Shown here: one piece after another, positions 50,061 through 58,601 of the stretch
Layout: every line of letters begins with the position of its first letter
Position numbering within the stretch: the first letter of the stretch is position 1
NCBI GenBank assembly: GCA_050633245.1
Contig: JBOEGD010000001.1
Span: 1-64,000, forward strand
Direction: 5' to 3'
DNA from: Calditrichia bacterium
GTDB lineage: Bacteria > Calditrichota > Calditrichia > RBG-13-44-9 > J075
Length of the DNA stretch: 64,000 bases
Made by a program: the position numbers and the translations under genes
The notes under the pieces: generated by a model
What the model was told of the DNA's origin: nothing
The model's database searches: none
What the model saw: the letters and a program-made list of their open reading frames with translations, nothing else

Positions 50061-50117
50061 AAGCCCCGGCCAGCTCTGAATCGGATTACTCCGTCAGATT
50101 GACCGGGGCTTTTTTTT
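50061..50117. terminator. Long-stem intrinsic terminator
   Basis: AAGCCCCGG...TCTGA / TCAGA...CCGGGGCTT followed by a T-run; internal CGGA-ttac-TCCG. Confidence 0.85.
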
Positions 50118-50152
50118 GCCCTTAGCAATTCAACAGGTTGGAAGGCAGCTAA

Positions 50153-50566
50153 TTACGAAATACTCCTTTCGACGGACCTCGGCACTTCCTGTGAATAGAT
50201 GCCAATCGCGTTACCTTCCGGATCTTCAAACACTGCAAAATATCCCAAGTCTTTATGTAGAGCAGTAATAGGTGTAATTATTCTGCCACCGTGCTCTATA
50301 ATTCGGTTCAACAACACGTCCAGATCAGAACCAACAGAGATGTAAATAAGTGCCGGGTTTATCGGTTGCAGCAATCCCGATCGAAATAAGAGGGTTCCCA
50401 CATATCCTGAACGTTGAGTATGTGGAACCAGTGCTAAATGAAAGTTTCCATGCTGTTCGATTGACAATCGCCTCTGAAAAATACGAGAATAAAAGTCCAC
50501 TGCTTCATGAAAGCGTGAGACCGGAATCTCGAACCAGTGTTGTTGGCTATTCTTCTGCGTTAGCAA
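50153..50566 (-). CDS. VOC/glyoxalase family protein
   Basis: WFEIPV...A..FY..IF, GG.I, GYFAVFEDPEGNAIG. Confidence 0.88.
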   Translation of the reverse strand: MLTQKNSQQHWFEIPVSRFHEAVDFYSRIFQRRLSIEQHGNFHLALVPHTQRSGYVGTLLFRSGLLQPINPALIYISVGSDLDVLLNRIIEHGGRIITPITALHKDLGYFAVFEDPEGNAIGIYSQEVPRSVERSIS

Positions 50567-50623
50567 GTTGTATCTTCCTTCATAGCTATCCAGGTGATTA
50601 GGTTGCTCTAAGCAACGACGACA

Positions 50624-51625
50624 TTATTGTGTAGAAAGCACGGCCGGGCTTTTCTCCACCAGCTCGCGAGGATTGACTTTTTGTGCCCCAATCAGCTCTG
50701 ACTTAATGCGTTGACGGATTTGTTCTTGCCGCATGGCGACTGTTTCTTCAGCTTCGACCTTTAATGCTTCGGCACTTAGTGGCTGTTCCATGCTGGCAAT
50801 GGCATCCTGCTCACAGAAGTAGGTAGCACGCAATACGTCTGCCATGCGTCCATACGGGCCGCGAATATCGGCTTGCTGTAGATATTTCTCGATCAGACTT
50901 TGCGCATATCGCTTCGTCATTCTTCGCGCACCATAGCGACCGTTAACGAGAAATAAGTCTGAGCCCTTTTGCTTACGCTTTTCCAGGTAGAGGCTCAACA
51001 GCGTGAGAACATTATCACTGAGAACGACTTCAGTGTCGGTGCGCCCAATAGCCGAAACGTCTATTTTAATAGATCCGCTTTCCAGTTTAAAACTACCGCA
51101 GGCTCGCGATTCAGTTAGCGAAGTAATGCTGCCGTCAGCAGAAACCGTAAGATCGACGGCTTCGCTGATAGAGCATCCGGTATCGAGAAGGAACTGCACC
51201 AACAGTGCAGAGGCGCGCTGTGTATCGTTGCGAACATTCTTGGCAATGAATTCATCTAGTGTCTCACGCTCGGGAGCGGAAAGTCCCTGAAGGCGTTCGA
51301 ATGGTGATTCTTCAAGTTTTATGATATCTGACAAACCAGGCTCAATAGAAAACCGGGCATCTTCCAGATAACGAAGAAAACTTTTGAGAGCTGGCAGGTA
51401 GCCTTTCTGAGCAGACTCGGAAAGACGAATACCTTCGTCAGTTTGCTCCCAGCGACTGTAGCGCCATTCATGGGCAATCTTCTCGGCATTGATTTGCTCA
51501 ATTTCCTTAATCTTGAGATTGCGGAAAATCATCGGAATATTTCCCATATAAGTAATGACACTATCCCGCGGTAGGCGTCGGTCCGTCTCCAGGTAACTTT
51601 TATATGCTTTTAAAACATCATACAT
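50624..51625 (-). CDS. XerD-like tyrosine-recombinase-fold protein lacking catalytic residues
   Basis: SAM-like N-domain (YLETDRRL..SV..Y; ALKSFLRYL); box I LLDTGCSISEA (R to S); box II ADVLRATY (H to D); no LGH or catalytic Tyr; GAAAGGAG RBS. Confidence 0.75.
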   Translation of the reverse strand: MYDVLKAYKSYLETDRRLPRDSVITYMGNIPMIFRNLKIKEIEQINAEKIAHEWRYSRWEQTDEGIRLSESAQKGYLPALKSFLRYLEDARFSIEPGLSDIIKLEESPFERLQGLSAPERETLDEFIAKNVRNDTQRASALLVQFLLDTGCSISEAVDLTVSADGSITSLTESRACGSFKLESGSIKIDVSAIGRTDTEVVLSDNVLTLLSLYLEKRKQKGSDLFLVNGRYGARRMTKRYAQSLIEKYLQQADIRGPYGRMADVLRATYFCEQDAIASMEQPLSAEALKVEAEETVAMRQEQIRQRIKSELIGAQKVNPRELVEKSPAVLSTQ

Positions 51626-51646
51626 GAGAAAGCTCCTTTCCGTGGG

Positions 51647-52378
51647 TTAGTTGGCGCTGAACTTGGATTCGTGTCTGGCAAATTTTTCAGCATGGCCGAT
51701 TTCATTTAAATAGCTGCGAACGGTTTTAGAAGTAACGCCAACTGCGGATGCCATTTCCGTAAGAGTTGCATCCGGATGCGTTTGAATAAAGCGTTTGAGT
51801 TGACGCAGACGCTGCTCTTTGTTGCGGCTCTTTGTGGCATTGGCTGCACTGAGAGCGGGCTTGGATGCGCGAGGTGCATTGCGCGCGCCGCGCAGTTCAC
51901 CATATTGCGGCATTGGCATACGCATATTGCCACGACGCAGCTCCATGAGATTTCGGGTACCAATGGTATCGCACATAACGTAGGCGAGTACCGGAAAAAT
52001 AATCGTTCCGGCCAGCCACTGAACCCAGGTTAGTGGATCGAGCGTCATTAAAGCGCTATAGGTGAGCTGGATGTCGTAGGCAGACTTAAATCCCTCAGAC
52101 ATATTGGCAATACCCGAAGCAAAAAGAACGATACATGTAACCATGCGAACCATCCATCCGAGTTCACCATCCTGGATAAGCTCGTCTTTAAAGATGGACA
52201 TAGCAACAACACCCGCATCCACCGCAAATGCTGCTACTGCACCGAGAATTAAGCTATCGTAAAAGAACTGCGCCATAAAGGTTGTAGAATGCAGAAAGGT
52301 AGCACTGAGAATGCCGATGAGGCAGAGGGCACCGGCACGATATTTTACGAGTTCGCGAAAGCTAAACTTCGTTTGCAT
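51647..52378 (-). CDS. Four-TM membrane protein with C-terminal helix-turn-helix
   Basis: Four hydrophobic segments, a basic linker, then HPDATLTEMASAVGVTSKTVRSYL; GGAAGGAGG RBS. Confidence 0.8.
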   Translation of the reverse strand: MQTKFSFRELVKYRAGALCLIGILSATFLHSTTFMAQFFYDSLILGAVAAFAVDAGVVAMSIFKDELIQDGELGWMVRMVTCIVLFASGIANMSEGFKSAYDIQLTYSALMTLDPLTWVQWLAGTIIFPVLAYVMCDTIGTRNLMELRRGNMRMPMPQYGELRGARNAPRASKPALSAANATKSRNKEQRLRQLKRFIQTHPDATLTEMASAVGVTSKTVRSYLNEIGHAEKFARHESKFSAN

Positions 52379-52622
52379 GCCGTCCTCCTTCCCTTCGGTT
52401 TAAACGCAGGTGCCGGGTTGCGGAATTATTAGCTCGGGGGAAAGGACAGCGATCGGCCTTAAAGCTGCGTGAGCGCGCAAACCCAAGCTGTAATAACAAC
52501 TCTTTGGGATCTATTGCCTGGCAGTCATCATTCTTCAAAATGCCCTTCTGGCTGTCAACCGACATGGATTGAATAAACTTTTGGGCCAGTGAACCGGTGT
52601 CCATAATTTGGATCTGTTGCAT
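52362..52622 (-). CDS. Small hypothetical protein (86 aa), first gene of putative operon
   Basis: AAGGAG RBS before ATG 52622; its stop overlaps the start of the next gene. Confidence 0.5.
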   Translation of the reverse strand: MQQIQIMDTGSLAQKFIQSMSVDSQKGILKNDDCQAIDPKELLLQLGFARSRSFKADRCPFPRANNSATRHLRLNRREGGRHANEV

Positions 52623-52682
52623 GATACACTCCTTGTGTTGTTGTGGGATACTGCATACCTGTGAATGCTTGCGTGGCAGAAT

Positions 52683-52766
52683 AGTGAACAAACATTCACT
52701 TCTATCTTACGCAGGGAGTGGTTGGAATGCAAGAAAATTATTAAAAAATGTATACGTTTGTTCACT
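52683..52766 (-). promoter_or_regulatory. Sigma-70-like promoter flanked by two operator-like boxes
   Basis: Minus strand TTGCAT-17 nt-TAAGAT (52732-52704); boxes AGTGAAC-AAAC-ATTCACT (52683-52700) and TGTATAC-GTTT-GTTCACT (52749-52766). Confidence 0.65.
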
Positions 52767-53164
52767 ATTTTTAAATGACTAAACTAAGTAGCTATTTTTA
52801 CTGTTTTTATAAGAATTGGCTTTGCGATTATGTTCACCTGTTTTATACAAGGAGCTCAAAAAAAGCCTATTTTTCCAGATGCTGCTTAAAAAACGAATCC
52901 TGGGAAAAAGGAGTATTCTCGATTTACACAAAGCAGCTGATTTCGTTGAATTGTACAGTAATTTCTTTGCGTTGATTTATTTGATTTCCGGCACGCAGTG
53001 CGGACTTAGAAAGCACTTAATTTATAGCGGACAGTAGGGAAGCTTTGTCCAAAGGAAGTAGACCGAAATGACCGTTTTCTTCTACGTATTTATGTCTTTT
53101 TCCTCATGACTACCGCATCATACAGGCATGTAATAAGCGTCTGTCAGCTGTATCTGCCGTACTG

Positions 53165-53283
53165 TGTCAGAATTATTTGCTTTAAATCGGACATTCTGAC
53201 ATGAAATCAATTTCAACAAAAAAACCGTTTGTTAAATAAAAACAAGAAGTTAAGTTTGTTTTTGATTGTGGCATCATTTTTGT
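53165..53283 (+). promoter_or_regulatory. Putative sigma-54 promoter with upstream inverted repeat (lon-dnaJ operon)
   Basis: TGGCAT-CATTT-TTGT at 53269-53283; TGTCAGAAT-N19-ATTCTGACA at 53165-53201. Confidence 0.55.
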
Positions 53284-53319
53284 CCTGTTTATCCGTGCAT
53301 GATAACAAGGAGGATGGAA

Positions 53320-53544
53320 ATGAATTTTGGAAGCTGGAGGAATGAAACGATAAATACTGCCGGGCGAGGAGTTTTGCTCTTTGGGCTGGCGTTGATGTTT
53401 ACCGGATTAGTTGTGTGGTTGGTACCGGAAATTCTGGTCGCCTTTATAGCAGCCTGTTTTTTTCTTGCCGGAGGCGCTTTGGCAATCTTCGGATGGCAGC
53501 TGCGTCGACAAAACAAACACAATATCCGGATTCATATACTGTAG
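53320..53544 (+). CDS. Small two-TM membrane protein
   Basis: AGGAGG RBS before ATG 53314/53320; two hydrophobic helices; 15 nt upstream of lon. Confidence 0.7.
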   Translation: MNFGSWRNETINTAGRGVLLFGLALMFTGLVVWLVPEILVAFIAACFFLAGGALAIFGWQLRRQNKHNIRIHIL

Positions 53545-53559
53545 AAAGGATTAACCTTT

Positions 53560-55983
53560 ATGTCTATAAATGCAAAGCAGCTTAGCAGCATTGAAGTGCC
53601 AGACGAGCTGCCGATAATTTCTGTCAGGAATACGGTTTTTTTTCCAAACCAGTTTATTCCACTGGCCGTGGGAAGACCAAAGTCTCTGCGCCTGTTGGAA
53701 CACGCGATGGAAGAAGATCTTCTGGTAGGAATTCTTACTCAGGAAGATGGTTCTGTTGACGATCCGGATTCTGATGAACTCTATCAGATCGGTACTGTTG
53801 CAAAGGTGCTGAAAGTTATTGATCTGCCTGATGGCAGCAAGAGCGCCTTTATTCAGGGAATCTGTCGTTTTGAGATCGAAGAGTTTACGCAGGTCTCGCC
53901 ATTTTTTACCGCCAAGGTTCATCGCCTAGACGATGTAACACCGGATGATGAACTGAAGGTTCAGGCAATGGCTACAAATCTGCGCAATCTATTTCAGAAG
54001 GCATCTGATCTTGCTCCGGAAATAACTAATGAGCATCAAACGATGATTTCGAACCTGCACGACCCCGGAACGATCTGCGATCTTATTCTGGCATTTTCAA
54101 ACATCCATATGTATGAGAAGCAGGAAATTCTTGAGATTCTCGACGTTGAAGAGCGCTTGAAGCGTGGCACATATATTTTTAATAATTATCTGCAAACGCT
54201 GGAGCTTGGTAAAAAAATTCAGTCTGAAGTTCAGGACGAAATCAGCAAAGGTCAGCGCGAAATGTATTTGCGTCAGCAGCTGAAGGCGATCCAAAAAGAA
54301 CTGGGTGATACTGACGACGCTTCTGATATTAGCGAGTTGCGTAAACGTGTAGATGATGCGGAGCTGCCGGAAGAAGTGTTGAAGGTGACCGACAAAGAAA
54401 TCGATCGACTCGCTCGCATGCATCCTGCTTCTGCGGAATATACCGTAGCCCGCACCTATTTGGATTGGATTCTCGATCTGCCTTGGATGAAGAGCACTGA
54501 AGACAATCTGAATATCGATAGCGTAAGCGATCATCTCGAAGAAGATCATTTCGGCCTTGAAAAGGTGAAGAAGCGCGTTCTGGAATATCTGGCTGTTCGC
54601 AAGTTGAAAAATGATATGCGCGGACCCATTCTGTGTTTTGTTGGCCCTCCCGGAGTTGGTAAGACTTCGCTGGGACGCTCCATTGCGGATGCGCTGGGAC
54701 GTGGTTTCGTTCGCATGTCGCTTGGTGGCGTACGCGATGAAGCAGAAATTCGCGGTCATCGTCGTACCTATATTGGCGCGCTGCCAGGCCGGGTTATTCA
54801 GGGCATCAAACGTTCAAATTCTAATAATCCGGTATTTATGCTGGACGAGATTGATAAAATTGGTCAGGATTTTCGTGGTGATCCATCATCAGCCCTTCTT
54901 GAGGTGCTCGATCCGGAACAGAATAACTCGTTCAGCGATCACTATCTCGAAGTGCCGTTCGACCTGAGCAAGGTGATGTTTATCGCAACCGCAAATATGC
55001 AGGATACGATTATTCCGGCACTGCGCGATCGTATGGAAATCATAGATATTCCCAGCTACATTGAAGATGAGAAAGTTGCTATAGCCAAACGCTTTCTGCT
55101 ACCGAAGCAAATTGCAGAGCATGGTTTAACGGAAGAGTCCTTAATAATTTCTGATAAAGTGCTGCGTAAGGTGGTTAATTCGTATACTCGCGAAGCAGGT
55201 GTTCGTAATCTTGAAAGACAGATTGCAACCATCTGCCGAAGCGTTGCGAAGAAGGTCGCATCAGGAAAAACAACATCCACGCGCATTTCTCTGGATAACC
55301 TGGCTGAAATTCTCGGACCTATTCGCTTTTACAGCGACGTTGCCGAGCGGACAGATGAGCCGGGTATCGCAACCGGATTGTCGTGGACACCGATGGGCGG
55401 AGAGATTCTCTTCATTGAAGCGAATAAAATGCCCGGCAAAGGAAATCTGGTTCTGACTGGTCATCTTGGTGATGTAATGAAAGAGTCTGCTCGTGCTGCG
55501 CTCAGCTATATTCGCGCACGTGCCCATGAGTTTAATCTTGAGCCGGACTTTTATGATAAACATGATATTCACTTACACGTACCGGCTGGTGCGATTCCAA
55601 AGGATGGTCCTTCTGCCGGTGTAACGATATTCTCCGCATTGTTAAGCTTATTTACCGGGCAGAAAGTCTGCAATGATCTGGCAATGACGGGTGAGATTTC
55701 ACTACGTGGTAAGGTATTACCCGTAGGTGGAGTGAAGGAAAAAGTTCTCGCTGCTCATCGCGCTGGAATTAAGAAGGTTATTCTTCCGGAAAAGAACAAT
55801 GCTGATCTTGCAGAAGTTCCGCAGGCGGTGAAGGATGAGCTGGAATTTGTGTATGTGAAAAATATGAGAGAATTACTAAAGCACGCGCTCTGCGATGCTG
55901 AAGATACGCCAAAGAAAAGCGGTCCCAAGCGTTCATGGAATGATGATGCAATTAAAAAGGAAGTTGAAGACGAGGTGCGTTAA
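53560..55983 (+). CDS. lon: Lon (endopeptidase La)
   Basis: LON N-domain, [31 protein letters not shown] catalytic Ser, TGEISLRG...GGVKEK. Confidence 0.98.
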   Translation: MSINAKQLSSIEVPDELPIISVRNTVFFPNQFIPLAVGRPKSLRLLEHAMEEDLLVGILTQEDGSVDDPDSDELYQIGTVAKVLKVIDLPDGSKSAFIQGICRFEIEEFTQVSPFFTAKVHRLDDVTPDDELKVQAMATNLRNLFQKASDLAPEITNEHQTMISNLHDPGTICDLILAFSNIHMYEKQEILEILDVEERLKRGTYIFNNYLQTLELGKKIQSEVQDEISKGQREMYLRQQLKAIQKELGDTDDASDISELRKRVDDAELPEEVLKVTDKEIDRLARMHPASAEYTVARTYLDWILDLPWMKSTEDNLNIDSVSDHLEEDHFGLEKVKKRVLEYLAVRKLKNDMRGPILCFVGPPGVGKTSLGRSIADALGRGFVRMSLGGVRDEAEIRGHRRTYIGALPGRVIQGIKRSNSNNPVFMLDEIDKIGQDFRGDPSSALLEVLDPEQNNSFSDHYLEVPFDLSKVMFIATANMQDTIIPALRDRMEIIDIPSYIEDEKVAIAKRFLLPKQIAEHGLTEESLIISDKVLRKVVNSYTREAGVRNLERQIATICRSVAKKVASGKTTSTRISLDNLAEILGPIRFYSDVAERTDEPGIATGLSWTPMGGEILFIEANKMPGKGNLVLTGHLGDVMKESARAALSYIRARAHEFNLEPDFYDKHDIHLHVPAGAIPKDGPSAGVTIFSALLSLFTGQKVCNDLAMTGEISLRGKVLPVGGVKEKVLAAHRAGIKKVILPEKNNADLAEVPQAVKDELEFVYVKNMRELLKHALCDAEDTPKKSGPKRSWNDDAIKKEVEDEVR

Positions 55984-55985
55984 GT

Positions 55986-56954
55986 ATGGGGCCACAACCC
56001 GATTACTATAGCGTCCTGGGCGTTGCTGAAAACGCCTCTCAGGATGAAGTAAAAAAGGTCTATCGCCAGCTGGCTAAGAAGTATCACCCTGATTCACGTG
56101 GGGGAGATAAAGCTGCTGAAGAGAAGTTCAAGCAAATTAGCGAGGCGTATAGCGTTCTCAGTGATCCGCAAAAACGACGTGAATACGATCTTACGCGTCG
56201 TGGAGGGTTTATGGGGGGCGGTAATAGCGGCTTTGGAGGCGGGCCCGGTTCTTACCAGGTTCACTTTGGAGACGATTCCTTTGAAAATATACAGGATGTT
56301 TTCAGCAATCTTTTTGGTGGATTTAACGGTCGTGGACGTCAGGCTCCCTTTAATCAGGGAGCCAGTGGTTTTAACGATTTATTCAACCAGGGACAGGGTG
56401 GACAGCCGCAGCAGGGACCGCAGCAAGCCCAATCTTCCCGTGGCGCCGATATGGAATCGGTTATTACCATTCCATTCGAGTTAGGCGTAAATGGCGGTGA
56501 GACAATTGTCAAAACCGGTAGCGGTAAGAAGGTGAAGATTAAAATTCCGCCGGGTACCGAAACGGGTAAGAAAATCCGTATTCGTGGTCAGGGGGCGCCG
56601 GGACCGAATCGCACTGCACCGGGAGATCTCTACATTACGATTCGCGTGTCGAACCATATGGAGTTTGAACGTCGTGGTCAGGATATTCATTCCAATGTCT
56701 ATATCAATGTGGCTGAAGCAATTTTGGGTGCCGAAATTCAGGTGAAAACCATTAGCAGTAAAATGGTGAAGCTGAAGATTCCAGCCGGAACCAGCAGCGC
56801 TAAGTTTTTTCGCCTTCCCGGTATGGGCGTAAATCTGGACGGCAAAAAGGGTGACCACTACGTACGTGTAGAAATTGACGTGCCGCAGAATCTCACTTTG
56901 AACCAGAAGCGCGAATTCCGTAATTGGGCACGCAAATTAGGTCTGATTGATTAA
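55986..56954 (+). CDS. dnaJ: DnaJ class B (CbpA-like) chaperone
   Basis: J domain with HPD, G/F region, C-terminal domains; no CxxCxGxG zinc fingers. Confidence 0.88.
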   Translation: MGPQPDYYSVLGVAENASQDEVKKVYRQLAKKYHPDSRGGDKAAEEKFKQISEAYSVLSDPQKRREYDLTRRGGFMGGGNSGFGGGPGSYQVHFGDDSFENIQDVFSNLFGGFNGRGRQAPFNQGASGFNDLFNQGQGGQPQQGPQQAQSSRGADMESVITIPFELGVNGGETIVKTGSGKKVKIKIPPGTETGKKIRIRGQGAPGPNRTAPGDLYITIRVSNHMEFERRGQDIHSNVYINVAEAILGAEIQVKTISSKMVKLKIPAGTSSAKFFRLPGMGVNLDGKKGDHYVRVEIDVPQNLTLNQKREFRNWARKLGLID

Positions 56955-56977
56955 TCGCATTTTGCAATACATTATTT

Positions 56978-57020
56978 AAATGCAGTAGAGCCACAATACT
57001 ATTGTGGCTCTACTGCATTT
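56978..57020. terminator. 20-bp perfect hairpin (terminator, GTAG-type REP-like core)
   Basis: AAATGCAGTAGAGCCACAAT-act-ATTGTGGCTCTACTGCATTT. Confidence 0.85.
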
Positions 57021-57108
57021 TTCACATCCCGCTTGAACTACCGACCATTCCGGCTGTATAATGTACGATTGAAATGATTGTGATACATGCAGCTCAAAAG
57101 GGACCGGA

Positions 57109-58584
57109 ATGCTCGTATTTCTAAAACGAATTTTATACATCTTTATAACACTGTCAATTTTTTCTACGGCAGTTCAAAGCCAGACGCTTGATTCACTAAA
57201 GGCCGATGCTTTTTTAAAGGCACTGGTTACGCACGATTCCTCACTGACGAAATGGGTATTGCGTTCAGAACTTGATAAGTCTCGTCGACTGGGGATAGAT
57301 TTTCGAACACCGTTCAACAAGTTCTTTATTCAATACGATATTGCAGATAACATTCGTCGTATCATAACGCGAGGAAGAGTAAAGTATCAGTTCGAGATCG
57401 ATACGCTGGAAAAAGACTTCAGTAAGCTGACGTTTAAACTAAAAGCACGTGATTATGACATGGCGTTTTATTTTAAAGGCTCCAGTCTGATTTCCCCTTA
57501 TTATTATCATACGCGAGATTGGAAAGAATTTGTCACTAAATACTTTCGCATACGCACCTCCAATCCGCGTCTGTTTGCCAGCACTGCAGCCGATCAACTC
57601 GATGCTTTTGTGGATGAGATGATAGCCCTTCTTCAAATTGGCCCGGAAAAGGCTGCTGTGCTCCGTCAGCAAAAAATTGACTATCTGCTTTGCGAATCCA
57701 CCGATGAAATCGAGACCATCAGTGGATTTAATACCCGAGGTGTCACAATATTGGCAACTGATCGGGTGATAACAACATTTCCGCTGCACAAGCATGAGGT
57801 TGCGCACGTGTTGATAAATATGGTACTGGAAAACCCACCGCTTTTTGTGCATCCGTTTATGCAGGAGGGATTTGCTACCGCAACGGGCGGGCGCGGTGGA
57901 AAAGTCGAACCGGTTATCCGGGAAATTGGCACCTTTTTGCAAAAAAGCGCCTTTATGACAGTTGCTGAAATTCTCGGTCGAAAAGAGTTCCGCAATAGCG
58001 ATGCCTCGCTTAGTTATCCGCTCAGTGGTGTTTACAATGCTTTTTTGCTTCAGCATTGGCCGCTGGAACGTTATTTGAATCTGTATCAGGCGATGGGTGC
58101 AGTGTCCTCCAAAACTGTTCCCCATAAAGTACCGACTGATTCTCTTCCAAAGGATTCGCTGTTTAACGCTTATGTTGAAGGTCTCACCAACAGTCAAATG
58201 GTGACGTTCCCGACAGCGCAGCCGGATATCAATCCACTTATTGATGCCCATTGGGGAAAAATATGGGAACAGGAAGATCGCTATGTATTTACAATCCGCG
58301 GAGGTATTCAGCTAACGCCACCGCAGCCTGTTAAGCAGCTGGTCAGCAGTGAATTCCGGGCCATTTTCCCCGACATTCGCTATAGCGGTCAGCAGTTCTT
58401 TCTGGAAGTAACAAAGGGTGAAGTAAAGCTATTCAATTTTTATACGGCAAATCTGGATGCCTTTTACAGCACCGGCTTAACGATGAACCCTGTTGAAGTG
58501 CAGCGGGAAGACGGTAACTTTCACTTTACCCTACCGAAAAGCGTATTTTCGTATCCGATTGAGCAAATGACTATTACCCAGTAG
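57109..58584 (+). CDS. Secreted hypothetical protein with HExxH metallopeptidase motif
   Basis: Signal peptide; HEVAH followed by FMQEGFA (gluzincin-like), and YPLSG. Confidence 0.65.
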   Translation: MLVFLKRILYIFITLSIFSTAVQSQTLDSLKADAFLKALVTHDSSLTKWVLRSELDKSRRLGIDFRTPFNKFFIQYDIADNIRRIITRGRVKYQFEIDTLEKDFSKLTFKLKARDYDMAFYFKGSSLISPYYYHTRDWKEFVTKYFRIRTSNPRLFASTAADQLDAFVDEMIALLQIGPEKAAVLRQQKIDYLLCESTDEIETISGFNTRGVTILATDRVITTFPLHKHEVAHVLINMVLENPPLFVHPFMQEGFATATGGRGGKVEPVIREIGTFLQKSAFMTVAEILGRKEFRNSDASLSYPLSGVYNAFLLQHWPLERYLNLYQAMGAVSSKTVPHKVPTDSLPKDSLFNAYVEGLTNSQMVTFPTAQPDINPLIDAHWGKIWEQEDRYVFTIRGGIQLTPPQPVKQLVSSEFRAIFPDIRYSGQQFFLEVTKGEVKLFNFYTANLDAFYSTGLTMNPVEVQREDGNFHFTLPKSVFSYPIEQMTITQ

Positions 58585-58601
58585 ACTGGAGAATTTCAGA
58601 A

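Noticed and set aside
50624-51625. Active integrase or prophage boundary
   Set aside because: Catalytic residues are missing, and no phage genes, att repeats or tRNA were seen nearby.
57439-58251. Long antisense ORFs (also 32972..33712, 54097..54759, 46433..47077, 8074..8649)
   Set aside because: They lie opposite well-supported genes and have no recognisable motifs; treated as shadow ORFs.
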